A stretch of DNA of 64,000 nt from a bacterium. Lineage in GTDB: Bacteria; UBA8248. Shown piece after piece: positions 28,471 through 40,900 of this stretch. The notes below the pieces were generated by a model. It saw nothing but the letters and a program-made list of their open reading frames with translations, was not told the DNA's origin and did no database searches. Where the stretch lies: contig CBDBBI010000010.1 of the NCBI GenBank assembly GCA_965202625.1, forward strand, positions 2,624,001 through 2,688,000, read 5' to 3'. How positions within the stretch are numbered: the stretch's first letter is position 1; each line of letters begins with the position of its first letter. The position numbers and the translations under genes were made by a program.

Positions 28471-28555
28471 GGGGAGGTTCCCGAGTGGCCAAAGGGATCA
28501 GACTGTAAATCTGACGGCTCAGCCTTCGGAGGTTCGAATCCTCCCCTCCCCACCA
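28471..28555 (+). tRNA. tRNA-Tyr(GTA)
   Basis: Anticodon loop CTGTAAA, long variable arm, CCA end. Confidence 0.96.
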
Positions 28556-28602
28556 ACTGACACATCGTTGCGGCGGCAGGGAAGAGCGTTTTCGATTCAG
28601 AG

Positions 28603-28678
28603 GCGGGAATAGCTCAGTTGGTAGAGCATCAGCCTTCCAAGCTGAGGGTCGCGGGTTCGAGCCCCGTTTCCCGCTCCA
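28603..28678 (+). tRNA. tRNA-Gly(TCC)
   Basis: GCGGGAA acceptor stem, loop CTTCCAA, CCA end. Confidence 0.96.
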
Positions 28679-28863
28679 AGACTATTCGAGGCTTTATCTG
28701 CACCTTTTTTTCGATAGATCGAACATTTATTTTTCGCGGCTCCGGGTTGCTCTGGTTGAAGTTGGTTGTATCATCCGTTGAGGGAGAACCTTCGTGCTCA
28801 TCATCCATGAGAGGTTCTTCTGGGTAAAATAAAATGTATTCTTCGCGACTGTGACGTAAGCCA

Positions 28864-28936
28864 GCCCACGTAGCTCAGCCGGCAGAGCACTTCCTTGGTA
28901 AGGAAGAGGTCACCGGTTCAAGTCCGGTCGTGGGCT
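28864..28936 (+). tRNA. tRNA-Thr(GGT), CCA not encoded
   Basis: GCCCACG/CGTGGGC acceptor stem, loop TTGGTAA. Confidence 0.95.
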
Positions 28937-29160
28937 CAATGGCGTGGAATTCATTGAAATTTTGAAACCCCGACGTTATTTTGGGGGCACAGCGAATTTT
29001 TGAGATTCGCGGGTTCTGCTGTTCCGGATAGACAAAGTTTCGATGCAGCGTGTATAAAGCAAGCGCGTTTTCGAGGAGTCCTGAATTAGGGGGGGAATGG
29101 CTTCCTCGCCCCGTCGCTGAAGATTATTCTTGGAAGTTCAAACAAGAGGGGAGCAGCTCC

Positions 29161-30339
29161 ATGGCGAAGGCGAAGTTTGAGCGGACGAAGCCGCACGTGA
29201 ACGTAGGGACGATAGGTCACGTTGATCACGGGAAGACGACTCTGACGGCGGCGATCACGCGGCATTTGTCTGGGAAGGGGATGGCGCAGGAGGTAGGGTT
29301 TGACGAGATAGACAAGGCGCCGGAGGAGCGCGAGCGAGGGATAACGATAGCGACGGCGCATGTGGAGTATGAGACGGAGCGTCGGCACTACGCGCACGTG
29401 GATTGTCCTGGTCATGCGGATTATGTGAAGAACATGATAACGGGCGCGGCGCAGATGGATGGTGCGATTTTAGTGGTTTCTGCTGCGGATGGTCCGATGC
29501 CGCAGACGCGGGAGCACATTCTGTTGGCGCGCCAGGTGGGGGTTCCGTATATTTGCGTGTATTTGAACAAGGTGGACATGGTGGACGACGAGGAGTTGCT
29601 GGAGTTGGTGGAGTTGGAGGTTCGGGAGTTGCTCTCGACGTATGAGTTTCCTGGAGACGACATACCAGTGGTTCGCGGCTCTGCGCTTCGGGCTTTGGAG
29701 GGGAGCGATACGGGTTCGATAGATGATTTGATGGAAGCGGTGGACGAGTATATTCCTGAGCCTGTTCGGGACGTTGACAAGCCGTTTTTGATGCCTGTGG
29801 AGGATGTGTTCTCGATATCGGGTCGAGGGACGGTGGCGACGGGTCGGGTGGAGCGCGGGGTTGTGAACGTGGGGGACGATGTAGAGATAGTGGGGATAAC
29901 GGATACGCGGAAGACGGTGGCGACGGGCGTGGAGATGTTTCGCAAGTTGCTGGATCAGGGTCGTGCGGGCGACAACGTGGGAGTTTTGCTTCGGGGTGTG
30001 AAGAAAGACGAGATAGAGCGGGGGCAGGTTTTGTCGGCGCCCACGTCAATACTGCCGCATCTGAAGTTCAAGGGCGAGGTGTATATTCTGACGAAGGAGG
30101 AAGGGGGTCGTCACACGCCGTTTTTTAACGGGTATCGTCCACAGTTTTATTTTCGGACGACGGATGTGACGGGTCTGGTGACGTTGCCGGAGGGTCGAGA
30201 GATGGTGATGCCCGGAGACAACGTGTCTCTGGACGTGGAGTTGATAACGCCGATAGCGATGGAGCGCGAGTTGCGGTTCGCGATACGCGAGGGTGGGCGC
30301 ACGGTGGGTGCCGGCGTCGTCACCGAAGTCCTCCAGTAG
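29161..30339 (+). CDS. tuf: Elongation factor Tu (copy 1)
   Basis: [27 protein letters not shown]. Confidence 0.99.
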   Translation: MAKAKFERTKPHVNVGTIGHVDHGKTTLTAAITRHLSGKGMAQEVGFDEIDKAPEERERGITIATAHVEYETERRHYAHVDCPGHADYVKNMITGAAQMDGAILVVSAADGPMPQTREHILLARQVGVPYICVYLNKVDMVDDEELLELVELEVRELLSTYEFPGDDIPVVRGSALRALEGSDTGSIDDLMEAVDEYIPEPVRDVDKPFLMPVEDVFSISGRGTVATGRVERGVVNVGDDVEIVGITDTRKTVATGVEMFRKLLDQGRAGDNVGVLLRGVKKDEIERGQVLSAPTSILPHLKFKGEVYILTKEEGGRHTPFFNGYRPQFYFRTTDVTGLVTLPEGREMVMPGDNVSLDVELITPIAMERELRFAIREGGRTVGAGVVTEVLQ

Positions 30340-30387
30340 CCGTGAAAAAAAGGTAGCGTTTGGAGTCGTTTGTCAGGTTTTTATTAA

Positions 30388-30463
30388 AGGCCAGTGGCTC
30401 AATTGGTAGAGCACCGGACTCCAAATCCGGCGGTTGGGGGTTCGAGTCCCTCCTGGCCTGCCA
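30388..30463 (+). tRNA. tRNA-Trp(CCA)
   Basis: AGGCCAG/CTGGCCT stem, loop CTCCAAA, CCA end, upstream of secE. Confidence 0.96.
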
Positions 30464-30503
30464 TGCGCCCGAAGGCGAAGTCTCGGCTACGGAGAGTGGA
30501 TGA

Positions 30504-30719
30504 ATGCATAATAAGGTAGTGGGCTGGATTCACGAGGGGCGCTCCTTTCTGAGAGACGTGCAAAGCGAGGCGAAGCGCGTGACGTGGCTGGACAGACGCC
30601 AGACGGCGGCGCAAACCGCGGTTGCGCTCGTCTTCGTCTTTATCATAGCGATATATTTGGGCCTCGTCGATTTGGGTTTGTCCCGATTCGTCAGCTATAT
30701 CCTTAACTTTGGTTTCTAA
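30504..30719 (+). CDS. secE: Preprotein translocase SecE
   Basis: FLRDVQSEAKRVTW plus one TM; position before nusG. Confidence 0.92.
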   Translation: MHNKVVGWIHEGRSFLRDVQSEAKRVTWLDRRQTAAQTAVALVFVFIIAIYLGLVDLGLSRFVSYILNFGF

Positions 30720-30732
30720 TCAGGGTTCGGTC

Positions 30733-31281
30733 ATGTCTGAAAAAAAGTGGTATGTGGTCCACACCTATTCGGGTTTCGAGAACAAGGTGAAGCACTCTAT
30801 TGAGGAGCAGTTTCGCGGAAAGCCGTATGAGGAGCAACTCGGCGACATCGTGGTGCCCACCGAGCAGGTGGTGAAGGTGCAGGGTGGAAAGAAGCGGACG
30901 AGCTCCCGAAAATTTTTTCCCGGCTATGTCCTGATTCAGATGGAGTGCGGCGAGGGAGGGCAACTGCCCACGGAGACCTGGTATGTTGTCAAGAACACCC
31001 CGAAGGTGACCGGTTTTCTCGGCGGAACCGCTCCGAGCCCCATTTCGGACGAGGAGATGGAGAACATTCTCAAGCAGATGAGAGGAGAGGTCGAAAAGCC
31101 CAAGCCCAAAATCGATTTTGAAAAGGGAGAGAACATTCGGGTGATAGACGGACCTTTCGTGAATTTCACGGGCGAGATTGACGAGGTTCACCCCGACAGA
31201 GGGAAGCTGAAGGTTATGGTCAGTATTTTTGGCCGTGCGACGCCGGTGGAACTTGAGATGCTCCAGGTGGAGAAGGTCTAG
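30733..31281 (+). CDS. nusG: Transcription factor NusG
   Basis: WYVVHTYSGFENKV, FFPGYVL, KOW motif, IFGRATPVEL. Confidence 0.98.
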   Translation: MSEKKWYVVHTYSGFENKVKHSIEEQFRGKPYEEQLGDIVVPTEQVVKVQGGKKRTSSRKFFPGYVLIQMECGEGGQLPTETWYVVKNTPKVTGFLGGTAPSPISDEEMENILKQMRGEVEKPKPKIDFEKGENIRVIDGPFVNFTGEIDEVHPDRGKLKVMVSIFGRATPVELEMLQVEKV

Positions 31282-31398
31282 GCGAGGTGTGCGCGTCCGC
31301 GGGATGCCTGGCAATGGTTCGGAACGTTCGACAGAGGAAAAACCCAGGAGAGGTTTGAAGTATCAAAACCCGCGCCTTGTGAGGGAGAAAATGCCTAA

Positions 31399-31824
31399 AT
31401 GGCTAGAGAAGTAGTGGGCATCATTAAACTTCAGATACCGGCTGGTCAGGCGAACCCCGCCCCTCCTGTGGGCCCTGCCCTCGGCCAGCGGGGCGTGAAT
31501 ATCATGGAATTTTGCAAGACCTTCAACGCACAGACCCAGGGGAAGGAAGGCACGATCATTCCGGTCGTGCTCTCTGTGTACACGGACAAAAGCTTTACTT
31601 TTATCATGAAAAGTCCGCCCGCCTCCGCTCTCTTGAAGCGGGCGGCCGCCTTGGCGAAAGGCTCCTCTGAGCCCGGCCGCGACGGCGTGGGCAGCGTGAC
31701 GCGCAAGCAAGTCGAGGAAATAGCGGAGATCAAAAAAGAGGATTTGAACAGCGTTGACCTTGATGGTGCCGTCAGGATCATTGAGGGCACGGCCCGGAGC
31801 ATGGGAATTGAGGTGAGCGGATAG
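31399..31824 (+). CDS. rplK: 50S ribosomal protein L11
   Basis: [21 protein letters not shown]. Confidence 0.98.
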   Translation: MAREVVGIIKLQIPAGQANPAPPVGPALGQRGVNIMEFCKTFNAQTQGKEGTIIPVVLSVYTDKSFTFIMKSPPASALLKRAAALAKGSSEPGRDGVGSVTRKQVEEIAEIKKEDLNSVDLDGAVRIIEGTARSMGIEVSG

Positions 31825-31894
31825 TTATTGGTTTTTGGCCCAAAGTGGGAGGTGCTCCTTGAGCACCGCGTGGACCACGATGAAGGAGGCGGAA

Positions 31895-32599
31895 ATGCCG
31901 AGGCGGGGAAAGAAATATCGAGTCGCTCGAGAGCGGATCGAGAAGGAGGGCTTTCGTGAACTCTCAGATGCCGTGGATTTGGTGAAGGAGGTATCCCCGG
32001 CCAAGTTCGACGAGACCGTCGAGGTCACCGTGAAACTGGGCGTTGACCCCCGCCATGCGGAGCAGATGGTGAGAGGAAGCGTGGTTCTGCCCAATGGCAT
32101 TGGCAAGGAGGAGCGCGTCGTGGCGTTCGCCAAGGGTGAAAAAGTGTCTGAAGCCAGGGAGGCGGGCGCCGAATACGTGGGAGCGGACGATCTGGCCGAG
32201 AAGATCCAGGGCGGCTGGATGGAGTTCGACCGCGTCGTGGCGACGCCTGACGTCATGAGCGTCGTGGGTAAGCTCGGGCGCCTGCTTGGGCCGCGCGGCA
32301 TGATGCCCAACCCGAAATCCGGCACCGTCTCTTTCGATGTGGGCCGGATGGTCAGGGAGATCAAGGCGGGCAAGGTGGAATATCGTGTGGACAAGGCAGG
32401 CATCGTTCACGCTCCGGTGGGGAAGGTGAGTTTTGAGCCAAAGGCACTCTCCGAGAACGTCTCGGCGGTCGTGGACGCGCTCGTTCGCGCGAAGCCCGCG
32501 GCGAGCAAAGGGCTATATTTCAAGGGTCTCTCTATTTCCAGCACGATGGGCCCGGGTGTGCGGGTCGATCATCAATCTCTTCTCGCGGCGTTGAAATAA
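31895..32599 (+). CDS. rplA: 50S ribosomal protein L1
   Basis: [24 protein letters not shown]. Confidence 0.98.
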   Translation: MPRRGKKYRVARERIEKEGFRELSDAVDLVKEVSPAKFDETVEVTVKLGVDPRHAEQMVRGSVVLPNGIGKEERVVAFAKGEKVSEAREAGAEYVGADDLAEKIQGGWMEFDRVVATPDVMSVVGKLGRLLGPRGMMPNPKSGTVSFDVGRMVREIKAGKVEYRVDKAGIVHAPVGKVSFEPKALSENVSAVVDALVRAKPAASKGLYFKGLSISSTMGPGVRVDHQSLLAALK

Positions 32600-32611
32600 G
32601 GAGTCTCTGAA

Positions 32612-33178
32612 ATGGCGACGGGCGTTATGGAGAAGGGGAGGCTGGCGAGGGGGAAAGCACCTCGCCCAGATAAGGTCGAGATGGTCCAGAATCTTCAAAA
32701 TCACTTCAACGAGACCACTTCCCTGGTGTTGTTCGACTATCGCGGGCTGAACGTTTCGCAGATGACGAATTTAAGGAAGCAGACACGCGCGGCCGGCGTC
32801 CGGTTGTCCGTCATCAAGAACGCGCTCGCCGAGCGCGCGCTGGAGGGCACGGGTTTCGAGCAGTTGCGCGGTAGGCTCATTGGGTCAATTTCTATCGCGA
32901 CAACTGACGGCGACCCTGCGGTTCCCGCCAGAGTGTTAAAGGATTTCGTGAAAGAGCAGTCCGCGGGCGAGATCAAGGGCGGCGTTCTCGACGGGAGGTT
33001 TCTTGAGAGCGACGAGGTGAATGCGCTCGCGGATTTGCCCTCGCGCGAGGTTTTGCTCTCCAGGCTTATCGGCGCCTTGCAGTCGCCCGTGTCGGGTCTG
33101 CCGAGAATTCTGAACGGCGTCGTCGCGCAACTCATAAATATTGTTGACGCGATTGCCAGAAAGAAAAAAGAAGTGTAG
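32612..33178 (+). CDS. rplJ: 50S ribosomal protein L10
   Basis: DYRGLNVSQMTNLRK, KNAL, LADLPSREVL. Confidence 0.95.
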   Translation: MATGVMEKGRLARGKAPRPDKVEMVQNLQNHFNETTSLVLFDYRGLNVSQMTNLRKQTRAAGVRLSVIKNALAERALEGTGFEQLRGRLIGSISIATTDGDPAVPARVLKDFVKEQSAGEIKGGVLDGRFLESDEVNALADLPSREVLLSRLIGALQSPVSGLPRILNGVVAQLINIVDAIARKKKEV

Positions 33179-33284
33179 AAATGTGCACTTGCTTCGAGAA
33201 TGGGCGAGTGCGTCTAATTCTCCTACGATTTGATGGCCATGACATGGCCGATGGTTATCGTGAGCGCGAGGAAAGGGCAGAATT

Positions 33285-33662
33285 GTGGCGACCAAAGAAG
33301 AAGTAGTTGATTTTATTGAAAACATGACTGTTATGGAGTTAAGCGAATTCGTCAAGGAACTTGAGGAGAAGTTTGGCGTGTCCGCCGCCCCCCCCGTGAT
33401 GATAGCTGGAGCAGGTCCCGGTGCGGGCAGTGAAGCCGAAGCGGAGGAGAAAACGGAATTCATCGTTACCCTCAAATCTTTTGGTTCACAGAAAATCAAA
33501 GTCATCAAGGCCGTACGTGAACTCACCAGCTTGGGTCTGAAAGAGGCGAAGGAGCTGGTGGAAAGCGCGCCGCAGGCAGTTTTGGAAGCGGTGCCAAAGG
33601 GAGATGCCGAGGCCGCCGCCGGTAAACTCAAAGAAGTTGGTGCGGAGGTGGAAATCGCTTAG
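33285..33662 (+). CDS. rplL: 50S ribosomal protein L7/L12
   Basis: [29 protein letters not shown]. Confidence 0.98.
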   Translation: MATKEEVVDFIENMTVMELSEFVKELEEKFGVSAAPPVMIAGAGPGAGSEAEAEEKTEFIVTLKSFGSQKIKVIKAVRELTSLGLKEAKELVESAPQAVLEAVPKGDAEAAAGKLKEVGAEVEIA

Positions 33663-33762
33663 AGCTCACCCGGGAAACCGATAACCTGGTCTTCGCTGGT
33701 CGCAGCGACGCCGGTGCTTCGCTGGAATCGTCCCTACCATCTTGAGGTGAGCCAACGTGCAT

Positions 33763-36700
33763 ATGCAAAATGGCGCAAACGGCCGTCGGGTTCGTGATGA
33801 TTTTTCTTCTATTCCCGCGGTAATTGATATTCCGAATTTAATCGACATCCAGCTGACCTCCTACGAGAGATTCCTTCAGTGGGAGGCAAATCCCTCTGAG
33901 CGTCGGCCGGACGAGGGGCTTGAGGGCGTTTTTCGCAGCGTGTTCCCCATATCTGACTCGAGCGAGAGCGTAACCCTCGATTATCTGGGGTATGAAATAG
34001 GTCTTTGGGAATCGAAGCGCAATGAGTATTCGGGTCTGGGCGGCCCTGGCGTAAAAGACGAAGACGGGGTGGAGGTTTTCTGTCGGCAAAAACACGAGGC
34101 GGATGAATGCCGCCAAAGGGGAATGACCTATGTCGCGCCCTTGCGCGTCATGCTACACCTCACGGTGCATGAGCGCGATGAGCACACGAAGGAGCGACGC
34201 GTCCGGGAGGTGAAGGAGCAAAAGGTATATCTGGGCGATATTCCCCTGATGACGGAGAATGGCACCTTTATCGTCAACGGCACGGAGCGCGTCATCGTAA
34301 GTCAGATGCACCGCTCGCCCGGGGCCTTCTTCAGTGCGGACAAGACGAAGCCCGCCGCCAAGTCCGCCTTCACGGCCAGGCTCATTCCCTACCGCGGCAG
34401 CTGGCTGGATTTCGAGTTTGACAGCAAGGAATGGCTCTACGTCCGCATCGACAGGCGTCGCAAGCTTCCCGTCACTATCCTCCTGCGCGCGTTTGGCCTG
34501 GACAAGGACGACATTCTGAATTCCTTTTATCAGAGTGAGGATATTTTCTACGACGAGAAGCGCGACGCTTATTACAAGAAGCTCTCCGAACTTATGGTGA
34601 ATCAGCGGATTTTCGAGGATATCGTTCTTCCCGAGACGGGCGAGCTGGTACTGCGGGCGGGGCGGAAGTTCACGCGTGCGGCCTTGCGGAAACTCCAGGA
34701 CGCGGGTGTCGAGAACCTCGAACTCCAGGATACGGAAGTCGTCGGGGGTATTCTCGCCCAGCCTGTGGCGGATCCCGAAACCGGCGAGGTGCTCTTCGAC
34801 ACGAATCTGGAGATCACCTCGGAGGTGCTCGCCGCCCTGCGCGAGAAGAAAATCCCGAAGCTGGCGATTCTCTACGTTTCCGGCGTCGGCGCAGACAGAA
34901 CTATCCGTGACACCCTTACGGGGGATAAATGCGAGACGCGCGAAGACGCTCTCGTGGAGATCTACAAGCGCCTGCGCCCGGGCGATCCGCCGACGAAAGA
35001 AACGGCGCGACTCCTATTCGAGAACCTTTTCTTCAACGCGAAGCGATATGACTTGTCCCGCATCGGACGCCTGAAGCTGAACACGAAGCTGGGTCTCAAC
35101 CTCCCGCCAGATCAGAGGACTCTGACGCTCGACGACGTCACCGCCACGGTGCGCTACATTATCGAGCTGCGTCACGGACAAGGCTCTGTGGACGACATCG
35201 ATCATCTCGGCAACCGGCGCGTGCGTTCGGTCGGCGAACTGCTTGAGAGCCAGTTTCGCGTCGGTCTCGTGCGCATGGAGCGCGCCATTCGAGAGCGACT
35301 CAGTATCCAGGACATGGACAATATTCTGGTTCGCGATCTCGTCAACTCCAAGATGATAACGGCTGCGGTGAAGGAATTCTTTGGCTCTAGCCAGTTGAGT
35401 CAGTTCATGGACCAGACGAATCCGCTCTCTGAAATTACACATAAACGCAGGCTCTCCGCCCTAGGCCCTGGGGGTTTGACGCGCGACAGGGCGGGTTTCG
35501 AGGTGCGCGATGTTCACGCCACGCACTATGGCCGCATCTGTCCTATCGAGACGCCCGAGGGACCAAACATCGGTTTGATAGCGAGCCTTTCTACGTATGC
35601 GCGCGTGAACCCCTACGGTTTCATCGAAACACCCTGCCGCAAGGTGGTGAACGGGCGCGTCGGCGAATCTGTCGAATGGCTCTCGGCGATCGACGAGGAT
35701 AAGTACAAGATAGCCCAGGCGAACGCGCCAGTGGACCAGCTGGGGAACCTCGTCAATGAGTTCGTCTCGGCGAGGACGAACGGTGAGTTCATCATGGTAC
35801 CGCGTGACCAAGTGGACTATATGGACGTCTCTCCAAAGCAGCTGGTGAGCGTGGCCACTTCCCTCATCCCCTTTCTTGAGAACGACGACGCCAACCGCGC
35901 GCTCATGGGGTCGAACATGCAGCGTCAGGCGGTTCCCCTGTTGCGACCCGAGGCCCCCTTCGTTGGGACCGGCATGGAAGGAATCGCCGCGCGTGACTCA
36001 GGTGCGGTCGTCATTGCGCGCTGCGACGGCGAGGTGGTGAGTGCGGATGCGGCGCGCATCGTCATTCGCGCGACCGAGCAAGACGGAGACGTGGCCGAGG
36101 AGGGCGTATTCATTCACAACTTGGTGAAATATCGCCGCTCGAACCAGAATACGTGCATTAACCAGAAGCCTATCGTGCATGTGGGGCAAAGGGTGAAGAA
36201 GGGCGATATCGTCGCGGACGGTTTCTCCACGGACCAGGGCGAGCTCGCCTTGGGCCGAAACATGCTCGTCGCCTTCATGCCCTGGAACGGTTACAACTTC
36301 GAGGACGCCATCGTCATCTCTGAGAAGGTGGTGAAAGAGGACATCTACACTTCCTTGCACATAGAGGAATTCGAGCTCGAGGCGCGCGACACGAAGCAAG
36401 GCGCCGAGGAGATTACGCGGGATATTCCGAACCAGAGCGAGGAGGCACTGCGGGACCTTGACGAGAGCGGCATCATTCGCGTGGGAGCGCGCGTCAAACC
36501 CGGCGACGTCCTCGCTGGACGCATCACGCCGAAAGGAGAAACGCAACTCAGCCCGGAGGAGAAACTTCTGCGCGCTATCTTTGGCGAGAAGGCGGGCGAC
36601 GTTCGCGACTCCTCGCTCAGGGTGCCCCCTGGAATCGAGGGGACGGTCGTGGAGGTTCGGGTATTCTCCCGCCGCGGCGCGGCGAAAGACAGCCGAATGA

Positions 36701-37803
36701 TCGAACTGGAAGGTGTGGAGATCAGCAGGCTAGAGAAGGACTATGGCGACGAGATCCGAATTCTGAACGAGGAGGGCGACGCTAGAATCCGCTCCCTTCT
36801 CCTCGGGCGGCGTGTCCGCGCTAAGGTGCTTCACCCGAGAACGAGCGAGATTCTCTACGCCAAGGGAAATGAGCTCGAAGCGGAGGGTTTGGCGAACTTC
36901 AGCGGTGTCAACCTTCTGAAACTGCCAGTTGAAAAAGAACTGACCGAGCAGATCAAGGCGATGTCCAATCGGACGGACGAGCAAGTGCAGCTGCTCGAAA
37001 GCATACTGACGGAGAAGATAGAGAAGCTCCAGCGCGGCAACGAGCTTCCCCCCGGCGTCCTCAAGATGGTGAAGGTCTATGTCGCGATGAAACGCAAACT
37101 CCAGGTAGGAGACAAGATGGCGGGCCGCCACGGAAACAAGGGCGTCGTGTCCATCATCGTTCCAGAGGAGGACATGCCCCGCCTAGAGGATGGCACGCCC
37201 ATCGAGATTGTCTTGAACCCCCTCGGCGTGCCCTCGCGCATGAACGTCGGCCAGATTCTGGAGACGAACCTCGGATGGGCTGCCAAGGTGTTGGGCAAGC
37301 ATTTCGCTACGCCGGTGTTTGACGGCGCGACGGAGGAAGACATCGTCCGCTACACGGATGAGGCGGGGTTGCCCCCTTATGGCAAAACCCGGCTGTATGA
37401 CGGGAAAAACGGACAGCCCTTTGAGCAGAAGGTCACTGTGGGAATGATCTACATGCTCAAGCTGCACCACCTCGTGGACGATAAGATCCACGCGCGCTCG
37501 ACGGGTCCGTATTCTCTGGTTACACAACAGCCCTTGGGCGGCAAGGCGCAGTTTGGGGGGCAGCGCCTCGGCGAGATGGAAGTGTGGGCGCTTGAGGCGT
37601 ATGGTGCCGCCAAGACGCTGCAGGAGATACTGACGGTGAAGAGCGACGACGTTTCTGGCCGCACGAAGATGTATGAATCTATCGTCAAAGGAGAGAACTT
37701 GCTTGAGGCGAGCTTGCCCGAGTCTTTCAACGTGTTAATGAAGGAGCTTCAAAGCCTCGCCCTTGACGTCGAACTGATCGAGAGCGGCGAGGTGCCGAGC
37801 TAG
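33763..37803 (+). CDS. rpoB: RNA polymerase beta subunit
   Basis: [46 protein letters not shown]. Confidence 0.99.
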   Translation: MQNGANGRRVRDDFSSIPAVIDIPNLIDIQLTSYERFLQWEANPSERRPDEGLEGVFRSVFPISDSSESVTLDYLGYEIGLWESKRNEYSGLGGPGVKDEDGVEVFCRQKHEADECRQRGMTYVAPLRVMLHLTVHERDEHTKERRVREVKEQKVYLGDIPLMTENGTFIVNGTERVIVSQMHRSPGAFFSADKTKPAAKSAFTARLIPYRGSWLDFEFDSKEWLYVRIDRRRKLPVTILLRAFGLDKDDILNSFYQSEDIFYDEKRDAYYKKLSELMVNQRIFEDIVLPETGELVLRAGRKFTRAALRKLQDAGVENLELQDTEVVGGILAQPVADPETGEVLFDTNLEITSEVLAALREKKIPKLAILYVSGVGADRTIRDTLTGDKCETREDALVEIYKRLRPGDPPTKETARLLFENLFFNAKRYDLSRIGRLKLNTKLGLNLPPDQRTLTLDDVTATVRYIIELRHGQGSVDDIDHLGNRRVRSVGELLESQFRVGLVRMERAIRERLSIQDMDNILVRDLVNSKMITAAVKEFFGSSQLSQFMDQTNPLSEITHKRRLSALGPGGLTRDRAGFEVRDVHATHYGRICPIETPEGPNIGLIASLSTYARVNPYGFIETPCRKVVNGRVGESVEWLSAIDEDKYKIAQANAPVDQLGNLVNEFVSARTNGEFIMVPRDQVDYMDVSPKQLVSVATSLIPFLENDDANRALMGSNMQRQAVPLLRPEAPFVGTGMEGIAARDSGAVVIARCDGEVVSADAARIVIRATEQDGDVAEEGVFIHNLVKYRRSNQNTCINQKPIVHVGQRVKKGDIVADGFSTDQGELALGRNMLVAFMPWNGYNFEDAIVISEKVVKEDIYTSLHIEEFELEARDTKQGAEEITRDIPNQSEEALRDLDESGIIRVGARVKPGDVLAGRITPKGETQLSPEEKLLRAIFGEKAGDVRDSSLRVPPGIEGTVVEVRVFSRRGAAKDSRMIELEGVEISRLEKDYGDEIRILNEEGDARIRSLLLGRRVRAKVLHPRTSEILYAKGNELEAEGLANFSGVNLLKLPVEKELTEQIKAMSNRTDEQVQLLESILTEKIEKLQRGNELPPGVLKMVKVYVAMKRKLQVGDKMAGRHGNKGVVSIIVPEEDMPRLEDGTPIEIVLNPLGVPSRMNVGQILETNLGWAAKVLGKHFATPVFDGATEEDIVRYTDEAGLPPYGKTRLYDGKNGQPFEQKVTVGMIYMLKLHHLVDDKIHARSTGPYSLVTQQPLGGKAQFGGQRLGEMEVWALEAYGAAKTLQEILTVKSDDVSGRTKMYESIVKGENLLEASLPESFNVLMKELQSLALDVELIESGEVPS

Positions 37804-37953
37804 GCTCCCCGCTTAGGAGCGGTGACGCCGAATTTTAGGAGACTCGGATCGTGTGTGAGAGACGCTTGATGAGGGGGTGTTCGTCCCGTTTGCCCGGCCG
37901 TTCCGTTGGCCGTCGCCCAGAGGATGGCGCGGGCGCTCCCAAGGAGGATTGAA

Positions 37954-40900
37954 TTGGACAGTAGCTTGAATTTATTCGAGAAGCCAAAAGATCCTGTTTC
38001 GTTCGATGCGATACGCATTCGCCTTGCCTCTCCCCACATCATCCGCGCCTGGTCTTCGGGGGAGGTGAAAAAGCCCGAGACTATCAACTACAGGACCTTC
38101 CGGCCCGAGCGCGACGGGTTGTTTTGTGCGGTCATATTCGGTCCTCAGAAAGATTATGAATGTCTATGCGGCAAATACAAACGCATGAAGTATAGGGGCG
38201 TGGTTTGCGAGAAGTGCGGGGTTGAGGTCATCTCCTCGAAGGTGAGGCGCGATCGCCTGGGCCACATCGAGCTGGCCACGCCCGTCTCCCACGTGTGGTT
38301 CTTCAAGGGCCTTCCAAGCCGAATCGGCAATGTGCTCGACATGACGCTGCGCGAGTTGGAGCGCATCCTTTATTTCGAGAGCTACGTCGTCATCGATCCG
38401 GGCGAGACGGAACTCAAAAAGTTCGACCTCCTCACGGAGGAGCAATACCGAAAGATAGCGGAGGAATACGATGAGGATGAATGCCGAGTCGGCATCGGCG
38501 CGGAGGCGATTCGAGAGTTGCTGGACCAGATAGACCTGGAGGCGCTCTCCGCGCAGCTGAAGGAAGAAATTCAGGAGACGTCGAACTTGCAGAAACGCCG
38601 CAAGCTTATCAAGCGTTTGAAAGTGGTGGATGCTTTCAGGAATTCGGGCAACCACCCGGAGTGGATGATACTTGAGGTCATTCCGGTGTTGCCGCCGGAG
38701 CTTCGTCCGCTGGTGCCGCTCGACGGTGGCCGCTTCGCCACGAGCGACTTGAATGACCTCTACCGCCGGGTGATCAACCGCAACAATCGCCTGCTCAAAC
38801 TCCAGGAGTTGCGGGCACCGGACATCATCATCAGAAACGAGAAGCGCATGCTTCAAGAGGCGGTGGACGCGCTGTTCGACAATGGACGCCGGGGCCGCTT
38901 GCTCCGGGGACCGAACAAGCGCCCGCTCAAGAGCCTATCGGATATGCTCAAGGGCAAGCAGGGACGGTTTCGCCAGAATCTTCTGGGCAAGCGGGTGGAC
39001 TACTCAGGCCGCTCGGTCATCGTCATCGGACCGGAACTCAAGTTCAACCAATGTGGTTTGCCGAAGAAGATGGCACTGGAGCTTTTTAAGCCTTTCATCT
39101 TCAACCGCCTGGAGGAGAAGGGCCTGGTCTCCACGATCAAGGCGGCGAAGAAAATGGTTGAGGAGGAGCGTCCGGAAGTCTGGGACGTGCTTGAGGAGGT
39201 GGTACGCAACCATCCGGTCATACTCAACCGCGCGCCCACTCTGCATCGGATGGGCATGCAGGCGTTTATGCCCGTCTTAGTGGAGGGCAAGGCCATTCGC
39301 GTGCACCCTCTGGTCTGTGCGGCGTTCAATGCGGATTTTGACGGCGACCAGATGGCGGTGCACGTGCCCCTTTCGGTGGAGGCGGTGGAGGAGACGCGCG
39401 TGCTGATGCTCTCGGCGAACAACATTCTCTCGCCGGCCAACGGCACGCCCCTCGCCGTTCCCAGCCAGGACATCATTCTGGGTTGCTACTATCTGACGAA
39501 ACCGCGCGGCGGATCGGTGGGAGAAGGCCACGTGTTTGGCAACGTGGACGAGGCCAGAGTTGCCTACGATCAGGGGGAGGTAGGACTGCAAACCCGCATC
39601 CGGATTCGTCTAGGGGATGAGCTGGTGGAGACCACCGTCGGGCGCGTTCTGCTGTATGAGATATTGCCGGAGGGCGTTCCGTTCGATGCGGCGAATTGCG
39701 TCATGGACAAGCGCGCGCTCACTCGGCTCGTCGCCACCTGCTATGAGAAGGCGGGCCGCTCGAAGACGGTGACGTTTCTCGACGCGCTCAAGAATCTCGG
39801 CTTCACGCACGCCACCCAGGCGGGGATTTCGATCTCCATCGACGACATGAAAGTGCCCGACAGCAAGGGGCAGCTCACCGAGCAGGCCAGAAGCGGGGTG
39901 CTTGGCGTGGAGAACGAATACCGCGAAGGCCTCATCACGGACGGGGAGCGCTACAACAAGATCATCGACATCTGGTCGCATGTAACGGAGGAAGTCTCGG
40001 GCGAGATGTTCAAGGTGCTGGAGCAAGAGGATGATTCCGCAATGAGCGGGCCGGGAGGCTCTGATGGCCAGCCGTTCGACTTCAACCCCATCTACATCAT
40101 GGCGGACTCCGGCGCGCGCGGAAGCACGGCCCAGTTGCGTCAACTGGGTGGAATGAGAGGCTTGATGGCGAAACCATCGGGCGAGATCATCGAGACGCCG
40201 ATCACGGCGAACTTTCGTGAGGGCCTCTCGGTGCTTCAGTACTTCATCTCCACGCACGGGGCACGCAAGGGGTTGGCGGACACCGCTCTCAAGACGGCGA
40301 ACAGCGGTTACCTCACGCGGCGGCTGGTGGACGTGGCCCAGGACATCATCATAAACGAGGAAGACTGCGGAACGATCAATGGCATTGAGATGAGTTCCCT
40401 AGTCGAGGGAGGCGAGATCATCCAAGCGCTGGGTGAGCGGATCATCGGCCGAATTGCCCTCGAAGACATCAAGGATCCCTTCAACAGCGAGGTTCTTTGC
40501 TTGGCGGGCGAGGAGATTGACGAGCAGAAGACGCGCCTCATCGACAATGCGGGCGGCGTGGAGAAGGTCACGATTCGCTCCGTCCTCACGTGCGAGTCCC
40601 ACACGGGCGTCTGCTCGAAATGCTATGGTCGAAGTCTCGCCACGGGACAACTCGTGGAGGTGGGAGAGGCGGTCGGCGTCATCGCCGCGCAATCGATTGG
40701 CGAGCCCGGCACGCAGCTCACCATGCGGACGTTTCACATCGGTGGTACCGCCACGCGCGCTGGTGAACAAAGCACGGTGGAGGCCAAGCGTGAAGGTTTC
40801 GTGAAATACATCGACCTGCGGATCATCACGACCGAGAAGGGCGATATGATCAACATGAACCGCAACGGCCAGATAGCCATCTGCGATGAGACGGGCCGTG

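Noticed and set aside
27348-28565. 405-aa ORF on minus strand
   Set aside because: Overlaps rlmB and two tRNA genes in antisense; spurious
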